Source: Chrysochromulina tobinii | Lineage: Eukaryota | Direction: 5' to 3' | Assembly (NCBI GenBank): GCA_001275005.1 | Contig: JWZX01003350.1 | Coordinates: forward strand, 1 to 64,000 | DNA: 64,000 nt | Translations under genes and position numbers: made by a program | Notes under the pieces: model-generated | What the model was told of the DNA's origin: nothing | The model's input: the letters and a program-made list of their open reading frames with translations, nothing else | Databases searched by the model: none | Shown: positions 1-11,307 of the stretch, one piece after another | How the letters are laid out: each line of letters opens with the position of its first letter | How positions within the stretch are numbered: position 1 is the first letter of the stretch

Positions 1-2
1 TG

Positions 3-3000
3 CCTCACTGCCTCCAGAAGATTGATCGCGTGAGCTTCGGGCTGCTCTCGATGGAGGAGTACAAGCGCGCGCTCGAGCTCGAGCCGAACATGCCGAGATC
101 GCGCTACAAGCTCGCCATCCCCTTTTTAGGCAAGGACGTGCCCTCCCCTGCCTCCGAGTTCGCGCATCCAGACGTCATCATCGGCCTCTCAGTGCTCGCT
201 TACCGGTACGAGGGGCTGCGCAGCGAGGAGTTTGCGCTGGAGGTCGTTGGGCTCATCCGTTCGGACTTCGAAAAGGAGGTCGGACCTCACGCCCAGCGGC
301 CCTCGTCCAAGCTGTACGAGAAGTGGATTACGCTAGCGGGTGGCGTCATCAAGGGCCGTGAGCAGCTCAGCAGCTCAGCAGCGGCTGCCGGCGCGCCGAG
401 CACGGTGGCTGTCAAGGGCGGCGCCGCGGCCGAAGACGAGGAGGACGACGAGCGCGTGGTCGTGCCTCTCTGGCTGCTCAAGCAATCGAACGACGAGCAG
501 ATGGCAAAGCTGTACAAGCTGCTCTGCAAGCTGCCCGCCACTATTCACTGGTACCTCGACCAAGTCACCTTCCCAGCGTACATGAAGCATCAGAAGGTCA
601 AGATCTCGTCCTCGGGGCAGGAGCTCGGTGGCGCGATGCTCTTCTCGAAGCGGATCGGCTTCTCGGGCACGCCGTCGGACCTGCTGCCCTCAGACCTGGG
701 ACGTTGCGGCTACGAGAAGGGCTCGGACGGCAAGGTGCTGCACACTCTCACCGACCCATCGATCGTGAGCGTCACGTACGCTGAGGAGCATTGGTCTGTT
801 GAGTCGCTGCTCACGCGCATTGCGACGGCGCGTGCGCCCAAGTACCACGCGCTCATCGACACCGGCGCGCTCATCACCGGCAAGACGAACCACGAGGTCG
901 CCGAGTACCTTTTGGCCAACGGGCTGTCGGCCTGGTGCGAGGGCGTCGTCTTCATCGACGAGAGCGACGAGAAGGTGATCCTGGTCAAGGCGACTGGGCG
1001 CGTGCTCAAGCTCTCGCAGTGCGGCATCAGCCTCGAGAAGCGGTTTGCCTTCTACGACCAGATCCACACGACGGGCATGGACATCCAGCACACGCTCACC
1101 GCGCGCGCGGCCCTCACCCTCGGAAAGGACATGGTGTTCCGTGAGCTCGCGCAGGGCGCTTACCGGATGCGCGGCATCGGCATCGGGCAGGGCGTCACCA
1201 TGTTCGTGATCCCCGAGGTGCAGCAGCTCATCAAGCGCCAGCTGAGCAAGGTGCAGGGCTACAATCCCTCCGGGATCGTGAGCGAGGTGCAGACGCTCAA
1301 GGATATTTCGGCCTGGCTCGTCATCAACTCGATGAAGGCCGAGCGCGTGCAGTACAACCAGCTGTGCGCCCAGAACCTCGCCAATATCTGGCGCCAGAAT
1401 GCCTTCGAGATGCTCCTCGACGGCTACCAGCACTTCAAGGTGCGTGAGGATGCCGAAGGCGGTTTCGTCATGGACATGCTGGGCAAGACCTTCAATTCGC
1501 CCACGAAGCCGTACACGCGCACGCCGCGCGACTTCGAGAATAAGGTGATCGGGCTCTACTTCGAGGCTGCCAATAACCGCTCCTCGGACCTATTCAGCGC
1601 GCTGCAGGAGCTGTACGACAAGAATGTCAGCTCCTTCGAGCTCGTGTACGTGTCGCTGTGCGACTCGCAGGAGGCGTACGATCAGCGACGCGGCGCGATG
1701 AAGTGGCTCGCCGTCCCCTTTTCGCACGTGCAGCGGCGCCAGCAGCTCGCGGAGCAGTTCGAGATGTCATCCGAGTCGAATGCCCTCGTCCTGCTCAAGT
1801 CGACCGGCGAGACGATCACTCGCAACGGCGCGCAGGTGCTCAAGCTGGCCAGGAGCTTTGAGCCGTTCGTGCCTAGCCGGGGCCAGCACCTCGAGAGCCA
1901 CGACAACATCTCGCTCGATCCGAGCACGATGAGTGCGCGCACCATCAAGACGATCGCCGGCGTGAACAGCAAGAAGGAGGCCCGGGAGCTCGCCGCAGAC
2001 GCCATCGGCACGGATCCGGACGTGTGCTGTGCGTGGTCGTCACAAGAAAAGATGCTGTACGTGACGAACGGCTGCCTCCACTCGCACCCGGAGCACGGTG
2101 CGCAGAACCTTCGGCACAATGCGCTCTGGACCATGTTCTTCGCCTCGTCAGGTGAGACGAGCGTCGCCAAGCAGCAGCGGCTGGTCGCAGCCGCCGAGGC
2201 AGAGCTGCTGCCAGTGCGCGGCGCGATCGACGCGTGCGTGGGCGCACTCGCGAAGCTGCTGCCACAGGAGAAGGCCGAGATGGCCACATTCTACGAGGCG
2301 CCCAAGCTGCCCGCCGAGGTGCAGGCGGCGCTCCTCGCGGCCGCCGAGGCGCTCAAGACGGCGCGAGAGGCCGTCGCCCTCCTGAAGCAGGCCAAGGGGC
2401 TCGCGGCGTTAGAGGAGGCGCGCTCCGTGCTCGAGCCGCCGCCGGAGCTCGAGGCGGCCGTGGAGGCGGTGTGCACGCTGCTCGAGGAGCGCCCTTACTT
2501 TTACGATGCGCAGTCCCGGCTGCTCAGGAACCCCACAGCGTTCGTGGACAAGCTGCTCGAGTACAACGCGGTGCGGCTGCCACCACTGGCCCGCTCGAAG
2601 CTCACGAGCTTCCTCGCGACGCCTCTCGTGCCCACCACGGCGCCGGCCAACGATGCGCTGCGCACGCTCGCGGCGACGCTGCAGGGCTGGGTGCATGCCA
2701 TCTTCGCCAACGAGGCTGCCGCTGCTAGGAAGGCCGTCGCGATGGACAAGGTGACCGTTACGCCGCAGCTGTCGGCGGTGTGCGAGGCGGTGTGCGACGT
2801 GTTCAAGATTGGGACGGACCGCGAGCCCGTGGGCGACCTGCGCGGCACCCTGATGCTCGCGGCGGCCTTCCCGAATGCTGAGCCCGTCAAATACGAGGCG
2901 ATGGACGCGCTGTATGCTCAGCAGATGGAGCTCGAAGAGCAAAAGCGACAGTACGAGCCGATCTTGGACGACCTGCAAGATGCGATCCGCATCACGATCA

Positions 3001-6000
3001 ATCTGCTCAGGGCCGCACGCCCTGTTCTGATCGACTTGAGCAATCGGTATGCGCACCAGATCGCTGCCGACCTCCTCACCCTCGAGGGCGAGAATGAGGA
3101 GGCTCCGTGGTTGAAGGCCTGTCGGTGCTGCTTCACCGCGCTCTTCTACCTGACGGGAGAGCAGGCGGCACTGGGCGAGAAGGGCAAGAGCGACAAGGAC
3201 AAGACCAACGTGTTTGAGCTCGTGGTGCCCCCCCCGAGCGGCGACCTCAAGCAGGCCGCCTTCCACAAGGTGACGAAACACATGGTCACTAAGGGGTGGG
3301 AGGGGTGGGAGGGAGTCAAGGAGTACACGAGCGAGGAGAACTGGAAGGAGACCGCCGAGCTTGCCGCAGGCCTTGAGCAGTCCAAGGAGAGCGTCGCGGA
3401 GTCCTTCAAGGACAGTCGTGTGCAGCGCATCGGCGGCGAGCAGTTCCAATCCTTCCTAGACCGTGCGACCGAGTACGTGCTCAAGGCCGTCGAGGCGTAC
3501 ACGCTGGCGAGCCACCTGAGCGAGGTCGGTGAGCAGGTTGTGGCGCTTGAGAGTAAGATCGTCGAGGTGCAGCGGCAGATGGAGGGCACGCTCGCAGTTG
3601 AGGACGCCGACGTCGCGGGCGGCGCCTCGAAGAAGGACATTGTCTCCCTGCTGCTCAAGACCAAGCAGGACGGCAGCCAGGCGAGCGTCGCACAGGCTGT
3701 GTGGGCCCTCAAGCACGCCAAGGGGCAGCGCGAGTCGGCACTGCAGATGCTCACCTACCTCTCACTGGCACGGAAGGTGGTAGCCGCCCTGCGCGAGCCG
3801 GCAACGCTGGCCGAGTTTGACCTCGCGTCGGTGCCGCCGTCGACTGAGAACCGAGTGCTGCACGCGCTCCGGGCTGGCGGTGCCACCCTGCGCAAGCAAG
3901 CCGAGAGCTTCATGCGTACCACTACGGCGCTCGGCAAGATCGATGCCTGCAAGAAGCACGCCACCGAGGCCAAGGCCAGCGCGAGCTTTTGGGAGGGTCG
4001 CCCCTTTCTCTTGCCCAACAGCACTGTGTTCATGGAGGTCGTCGATGGAAAGCTTCACGTCGGCACCGCTACGGAAGTTCCCGTAAAGAGCAGCAAGGAC
4101 GGCTCGCAGTGGATATGTGTAGTGCCCGGCGTCGCATATCGAAACTCCACCTGTATGGAAGATCGCTGGGTTCCGCCTCCAGGGAGTTTTGATGGACCTC
4201 GCGCTGGCACCACGACGTTCGATACAACTGGAGCCGTGTGTGTGTCGTGCGACAGCATCATTACCGCTATCAATCGAGTTGGAGTGGATGGCAATTGGCT
4301 CCAAGTCGTCCCCTTTAGCGCTGCTGCTGGCGGCGGCCACTTCGGCGGAGGCGCGCCGGCTTTTTCCAGCGGCGGCTTCGGCGGAGGCGCGCCGGCTTTT
4401 TCCGCCGGCGGCTTCGGCGGAGGCGGGCCGGCTTTTTCCGGCGGCGGCTTCGGCGGAGGCGCGCCGGCTTTTTCCGGCGGCGGCTTCGGCGGAGGCGCGC
4501 CGGCTTTTTCCGGCGGCGGCCACTTCGGCGGAGGCGTGCCGGCTGCTGCTGGCGACAAGCGCACGCACTTCTGGTCGCTAGCAGCAGCCGGCGCGCCCCC
4601 GCCAAAGAGGCCGCCGCCGGAAAACGCCTTCGCGTCTCCGGGCGTGGCCCAGCCTAGCTTCGGAGCGGACCAGCAGGCTCACATGAGCCTCCGGAATATG
4701 AATTATGCCACACTGGCGGATCCGGCAACGGTCAAGGGTACAAAGTATCTTCCCATCATGAAGGATGGCACCGTGCTGTTTGCGAGCAAGGACGACGTCA
4801 AGGTGCCCCAGCATGAGCACATTCTCAGGTTTCATCGCCGTGATCAACGTTTCGTTTGCGACATGTGCAACAGTTCCTTCAGCGGCGGGGGACACACATA
4901 CTTCTGCAGCGCCTGCGACTTTGACGCCTGCCTCGCGTGCGCGTCCAAATTCTTCCCACAGCCTGGCAAGAGCCAGAGCGACTCGCAGCCTGCCAACCTT
5001 GTGAGCGTGGGCGGCAAGAGCAAGGGCGAGGACGGCAGCAAGGAGGGCGAGGAGAAGGTGGCTGTCAAGCTGTCTGCGAGCACGCCGATCAAGTCGGCGT
5101 GCTCGATCGACCCCGACAAGGCGCAGCTGAGCTTCGACGCCGATCGTTCCACTGTGGCCGACATCGACGGCGGCCTGGCAGGCAAGTGGACGCTCAGCTT
5201 CAGCGACGCGTGCGTGTGGCTTCACTTTGAGCCCATTGAAGGCGCCGCGGTCGTCAAGAAGGAGCTCAAGTGGCACCAGACTGAAACGTCCGAGACGCCG
5301 AGCGAGATATCGGAGCTGCCGGGGTGGCAGTTCCAACCGTATGCATCGCACATGGCCGTCCAGACGCTCAAGTGCGACTCGCTCGCGGCCGCGCGCCACC
5401 ACGCAGCGCGCGTCCTACTGTCGGACGAGAGCAAGGGTGATATGTTTGCCGTTTGGATCCAAAGTGCGAACACGCTGTACTTCAAGCAGCCAGCGGGCGC
5501 CTCAATCCCGAAACTCGAGGGCGAGCCGAATCAAGAGGGCGTCGTCACTTTCTTCCACTCGCGGCACACGCCGGTCTTGGACGAAGACGCGACGGCCAAC
5601 CTGGCGAGCGCCGAGGTGTGGCTCGCTCGCTGGACGTTTGCGGTCACCGCCTTCGGGCAGCAGACGGCCATCCTCGAGCAGGCGCGTGAGAAGCTCAAGG
5701 CAGTGCAGCGCGCGAATCAGCGCACCAAGATGACGCGCGCGCTCACGGAGAAGAACCAGATGCTGGAGCTCGAGAAGGAATGCAGCAAGCACGCCATCGA
5801 CAGGGCGCTCTTCCCGCTGGCCGACCCGTGGAGCCTCTTCCCGTGGGAGTTGCAGCTTCGACCCGCTGCGGAGCGTGAGGAGCAGTTGCGTAAGGCAACC
5901 GGGCTGCGCAACCTCGACAGTCTCAAGGTCTTGCTCCGCGATGCCGACTCGCTCGGGCTGACGAAGAGCAGCTCCAAGGTGGTCTTCGAGGCGACGGAGC

Positions 6001-9000
6001 TACGCGACCTGCTGCTGGCAGAAGGGGCTGCATTGAAGCGCTCGGCGTCGACGGTGGGCATCGCAAGCCTGGGTGACTCCGACGACGCGCCGCCCACGCT
6101 ACAGCGCGAGCGCACCGAGCGTGTGCGCGACGCCCTCTTCGTCTTCCTCGAGGATGTGAACAACGACGTGGCCACGAGCGTCCCCCTCGTCGTGCCGTAC
6201 AATCTGAAGCTGCGCGCGCTGCGCGACAAGTTTGGCGCGTTCATACGCTCCAAGGAAGACATGGCGCAGTCCGAGGCCATCCTGAACGCCGTGAGCGCCT
6301 CGAGCCTGGGCGCTGTGGGCGAGATTGAGCAGGAGCAGGAGCGCGAGCAAGAGCAGGAGCAGCAAAAGGAGCAGCAAAAGGAGCAGGAGATCGAGATCGA
6401 GCGCTACGTCGACATGGCGTACCAACGCGAGGACGAGGAGCCCATGCGATGGGCCTTCAGCGCCCTTGGCCGAAAGAGCGGCCCCTCGCACAAGCCGACG
6501 CCCTTTGCGGAGGGAATCTTCTACCCGGCCTCCCAGTTCCGTCTCAACTCGCGCTCGCCGCTCCCCTTCCCTCCCTATTTGGGCGTGAGCCGCAACTCCT
6601 TCAACCTCGAGTGGCACGGCGAGCGTCGGCTGAAGAACTCAATCATGGTGCTCGAATGGTGCCCATCCGTCTCCGAGGTGGCCGCAATGCCGCCGCGCGT
6701 GGCGGTGCTCACGGCCACGCAGTCGGAGCGGCTCAAAAAGTCGCTCGAGCTGCTCGATATCGACCAGAGCGGCGACTTTTCGCGCACGGAGCTCATCGAC
6801 ATGCTGCACTCGGCCGATGATTATGAGCGCAAGGAGGCGGCGACCAAGGCGGCCAAGCTCCTCGCGGATGAGGCGGGGCTCACGGGGCCGGAGATGGAGG
6901 GGCTGCTCTCCGAGAGCGCGGGATCGCTGGGATTCGCTTAGGTTCGATAAGGTACAGGAGCTGCTCACGAGCGGCCGGCTGCGCCCCGAGCAGGACGGCC
7001 GTTACTTTATCCTCCTCTCACTCGCGGAAGCCGAGACGGTCCGGTGCATCATGCACATGCGCCAGGACAAGTCGATCGTCGAGGGCACCGACACGGCGCT
7101 CGCGCTGCGCTGCATCACGGCGCACGACGCCGTCTTCGACGCCACCGCCAACCACCCCGCCTCGCCCGCGTATCAACGAGCGGTCTCGCACAACTGCTTC
7201 CGCTTCCTGGACGGCACGATGCACTTCAAGCCAGCGGAGATCAACATTCTGCTGCGCTCGATCCCGGAGCTGCCGGGCAAGCGCCGCCTCTTCTTCACGA
7301 ATACGATCGGCTGCCGGCGCCGCCTCAAGAAGGAGTGGAAGGACACGCCGCTCGCGAAGCTCTTCTACCTCGAGGATGAGTGGTCGATGCTCAAAGAGCG
7401 CGCGCACGCGGTGCGGCTGCGCGAGGCCATCCGGGCCAAGGGCTGGCGGCTGTACGACGCATTCAACAAGTTCGACGCGAACGACGACGGCTCTCTCTCC
7501 TTTAGCGAAGTGTGGGGGGCGCTCGACTACCTATGCATCAAGGCGACTCCGCAGGACGTGGTCGAGTTCGTGAGCGCCATCTCGGCCGAGGGGCGCATCT
7601 TGTACGAGCAATTCTACGAAGTGCTCTACCCCAAGGCCGAGGAGGAGGTCGAGGGGCAGCCTGGGCAGCCGGCAGAGGAGCCCTTTGAGATCGTGGACAC
7701 AGACGGCGAGCCGAGCCGCGCGGACTCCGAGCATGGCTCCAAGACCTCCGCCAAGGACCCGGTGCTCAGGCCTTCCAAGCCGACGAAGGACCACGGCAAG
7801 CCGCTCATGCCCTCCCGACAGGCCTCGGGCCCAGTGGTGCCACGTGGTGAGGCGGAGCTCGCGGCGCAGTACGAGGCGCTCAAGTCGGCGCGTCAGCGCG
7901 CGACGGCTGAGATCGAGGAGGGGGAGCGTCGCCTCTACGAGCAAGCGAAGCAACGCCTCAACGACGGCATGATGACAGCCGAGTTCGAATGGATCCAGCA
8001 GGCGCGCGACGACGGCTGGGCCAACCCGAAGAGGCTGGCGAGCTGTATCTTCTACGACTTCACTCGTGGCAAGGCGGAGACGCAGGAGGGCGCGCCGTTG
8101 CGCATGGAGGTCCGCCATTTGAGCGGCGGCGGCGGCGTGGGCAAGTGGAAGTTCCAACATGTCGGCAAGCGAGGGTTGTGCACGGTGCCATGCGCTTCGA
8201 TGAGCGGCGCGTGCTACCTCGTGCTTCAGCCACCGATCCGGCGCAACGGCGGCGACCAGGCCAAGGGGGTGAACCTGTACACGCTCACGATGCAGGTGCG
8301 CTTCACACACAGCGGCACCGGTGCGTGGATGAACTACTTTAGCGACCCGATGGAGACGCTGCTGCCACGCGGCTACCTGGCCACGGGGGGATGGGACGAC
8401 CTCTCCCCCAAGATGAAAGGAGCTGCCTTGCCCCGCCGCTCCGCCCCAGATCCATTCGGAGCACCAGCGGTTCCATTTGGCTTCGCATCTTCTCCATTCG
8501 GCGCCCCAGCGGGTCCATTCGGCGCCCCAGCGGCGGGAGGTCTCGCCGGCGGTGGCCTCTTTGGAGCCGCACAGCCGAATTTGTTTGGAGCCGCGCCGTC
8601 TCCATTTGGCACCGGCTTTGGCGGGGCTGCTGCCGGCTTCGGAGCCGCACGTAGGGCCGCGCCGATACTCCGCCGGCAAGCCTGCGCCCCCTTGGCGGGA
8701 GGCCTCGCCGGCGGCGATTCCTCCGAACCTTGCCTCTCCGAGATCATGCTCGGGTCTAAGAAGGACGAGAGCGGCCAGCATATGGTCTTTGCGGGTGGCG
8801 AGGAGCAGGCGTGCTACGGGCCGACGATCCGCCACAACCAATGGCACACGCTCACAGCGACGGTCGACACAGTGAGCGGGACGATGTGCACGTATGTCGA
8901 CGGTGAGCGCACGGGCGAGGCGAAGAGCAAGGAGATGGTCAAGGACGGTCCGTTCGCGCTGCAGTCGCGTCTCGCTTGCTTCTTCACCGAGAAGGCCGTT

Positions 9001-10483
9001 CACGAACAGCAGCTGCTTCAGATCATGGATGAGGCGGTCGTGTCTCAGGTGCGCTCGATTACGGTGCACGGGCGCGTCCTCGACGCTGAAGAGGTGAAGA
9101 AGGAGCACACTGCGCTGCTGTCTCTTCTCATCCGCGACGCTATTTCATCGGCGCCTGCGCCGCTCCGTCTGTTCTTGCGTGAGGCGCACAGGGCGAAGCC
9201 CTTCCTTACGCCAAACGCCGTGGCCAGGTGCGTTACCGCCCAGCTGTCCGACATCGAATCACGCCTCGCTCCGCCCCTCTGGGTGGCGCTCTACGAGCGC
9301 GACTCCGAGCAGGTTGCCGAGCGGCTGGGGGCGCTCCGATCGCACGAGATCGCACAGTGCGCGCGCTGGCGCAAGCGCGAGCCTCGCAGCCACCAGCTGG
9401 CGGACGTGGATGAGTCGAACCCGCCCTATGGCGACACGCTGCTCCACATGGCCGCGTTCGTGGGGCATGAGGAGATGGTGAGTGCGCTGCTCGGCGCAGG
9501 GGCGCGAGCCTCACGCGTAGGCGCGAGCAGCGGATGCTCCGCGCTGCATGCGGCGGCGGCGGCGGATCAGCCCAAGATCTGCAGGCTGCTTCTCGAGGCG
9601 GGTGCCCAGCTGCACACGGCGAGTACGTCCAAGAAGCACACGGCGCTGCACGTCGCGTGCGTCAAGGGGCACGAGGCCGTTGCGCGCGTCCTCGTCGAAG
9701 CAGGCGCGGACCCATACGACCGGTCCGAGGCGGCCGAATCGCCGGTTGAGCTGCTGCGTGCTCACGAGACGGAGCAGTCCAAGGCACTTCTCGTGGCTCT
9801 GGAAGAGCTTTCTCTCGAAGGGGCGGGAGCGGCTGAGGCCGAGGCGGCGGAGGCGGAGGCGGCGGCGGAGGAGGCGGCGGCGATGCCGCTGATGCCACAG
9901 CGCAGCGCATCGATGGCAACGGACGCGAGTGAGGACGAGCCGGAGGATGAGTACCTCAACCCGCGCGTGAAGGAGGAGGACGCTGCACGCCGGCTGAAAA
10001 ATAAGCGGCTCGTGAGGGACGCGGCGCTTGAGGAGGAGGCGGGGCTCGAGAAGCTCTTCGATAGGGCCGTGGGCGGGCGGAGCGGTGGTGGTGGCAGCGG
10101 TGGTGGGCCCCTCACTGCAGGCGATCGCGTCAGGCGTGGTCCGGACTGGAAGTGGAGCAACCAGGACGGCGGGGTGGGCGGCCTCGGGCACTGTCCTCAA
10201 GATCGACCAGTGTGGATTGATTGAGGTCAAGTGGGATAGGACGGGGGGAACGAACTCCTACCGCACCGCGGCCCTCGGTGGCACGGACCTGGTCAGGGCA
10301 TCCTCGACAGGAGGGGACGTCGACGACGGCGACGACGACAACGACGAAGAGGACGGCGGCGGCGGCGGCGGCGGCGGGCTCATCCATGCGTCAACGACGT
10401 CCATCCATGCGGCCACCGCCGACTTCTGGGCCCGTCAAATATCGCACCAGAACGGAGCTCAAGTGGCTGGTCGTTTTGGCTGA
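3..10483 (+). CDS. Giant DUF3638/DUF3645-family multidomain protein, 5'-partial, >3,400 aa; joins ORFs 30..6941, 6817..10224 and 10028..10483 across two +1 G insertions
   Basis: Frame 3 is open from the window edge. DUF3645 motif LAIPFLGKDVPSPASEFAHPDVIIGLSVLAYRYEGL; SecA/SF2-like motifs GFSGT, HTTGMDI, QGAYRMR; nucleoredoxin-like fold ~1536-1830; dynein-stalk-like segment ~2409-2620; NAC-type UBA-like ~3630-3755; Cys/His zinc finger ~4812-4945; EQEQEREQE tract; EF-hands (DIDQSGDFSRTE, DANDDGSLSFSE); LamG/ConA-like ~8270-9090; ankyrin repeats ~9430-9770; MIB/HERC2 (GDRVRRGPDWKWSNQDGG..GTV..IEVKWDRTGGTNSYR). Removing one G at 6929-6931 and one at 10186-10188 gives a continuous frame. Confidence 0.85.
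4331..4545 (+). repeat. 33-bp coding tandem repeat (~6 copies) encoding GGFGGGAPAFS (FG repeat)
   Basis: Unit ggcggcttcggcggaggcgcgccggctttttcc repeated nearly perfectly. Confidence 0.95.
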
Positions 10484-10723
10484 GGCTAGCATGTAACCCT
10501 GAAACCACATAAACAACCATGTGCTGACGACGACAATGACGATGACGTTCGTGGCGCGGCGCGGCGGGTGGGATGGACCTACGTCGCCAACGCATGTGGA
10601 GAAGCAGCGCGGGTCGGGGCTCGGTCGTGTGGGGGGATAAAGGATGTGCCGCGCCCCGGGGCGGGTGCGCGATATGTCGTGTGTTGCGAGCCATGCGCCC
10701 GCACTTTTGAACCCATGTTTTGT

Positions 10724-10805
10724 GCAGCTCTGTGTGAAACGGCGGTTTCCGAAACCCGAGAAGCATGCCGAGAACAAGGCACCAAACTCACAGTTGAAAA
10801 GGTCG
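10724..10805 (+). repeat. Bipartite conserved non-coding element, copy 1
   Basis: gcagctctgtgtgaaacggc ... aaggcaccaaactcacagttgaaaaggtcg; both boxes recur at 32924-33002. Confidence 0.85.
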
Positions 10806-11307
10806 GCGACTTTTCGATTTTGCGCCATGTTTAATGTTTTGGGCAACACAAAACTGCGTTAGGCGCCGCTAGGCGGCGCTGGCGGCAAGCTCAGACGCGT
10901 CGTTTACGGCCCCCTTTGAGCCCGTTTATTTTTGCGTTACTTTCCCATGTCGTGTGCTTTTCACTTTCGTTTCCCAGTAGTTAACGCCCAACATGGCGCG
11001 CATTTCCAGCCTCTCTGGAGCCACCTGTGCGCTGCTAGTGGCTGTGGGATAGTCCCTGGGCCCGACTCATCCTGCATCTTATTCTATCGGCACTAACGGG
11101 CGGGGAATACTCCTAAGATAACACTGATACACTGTTTTCTATTTTCACTTTACAGCTGATCGCCAAGCCACGGTGTCTTAATGCCGCGTAATGGAGTGTA
11201 CAGATCACAGTGTTCTGAATGGAATCGTCTTACTCTGCAGCGTGTCTAGTGCGCGGCCATCATACTGAAGAAGAGATAGATGAAGTTGAAGATGTCTTCT
11301 ACATAGA

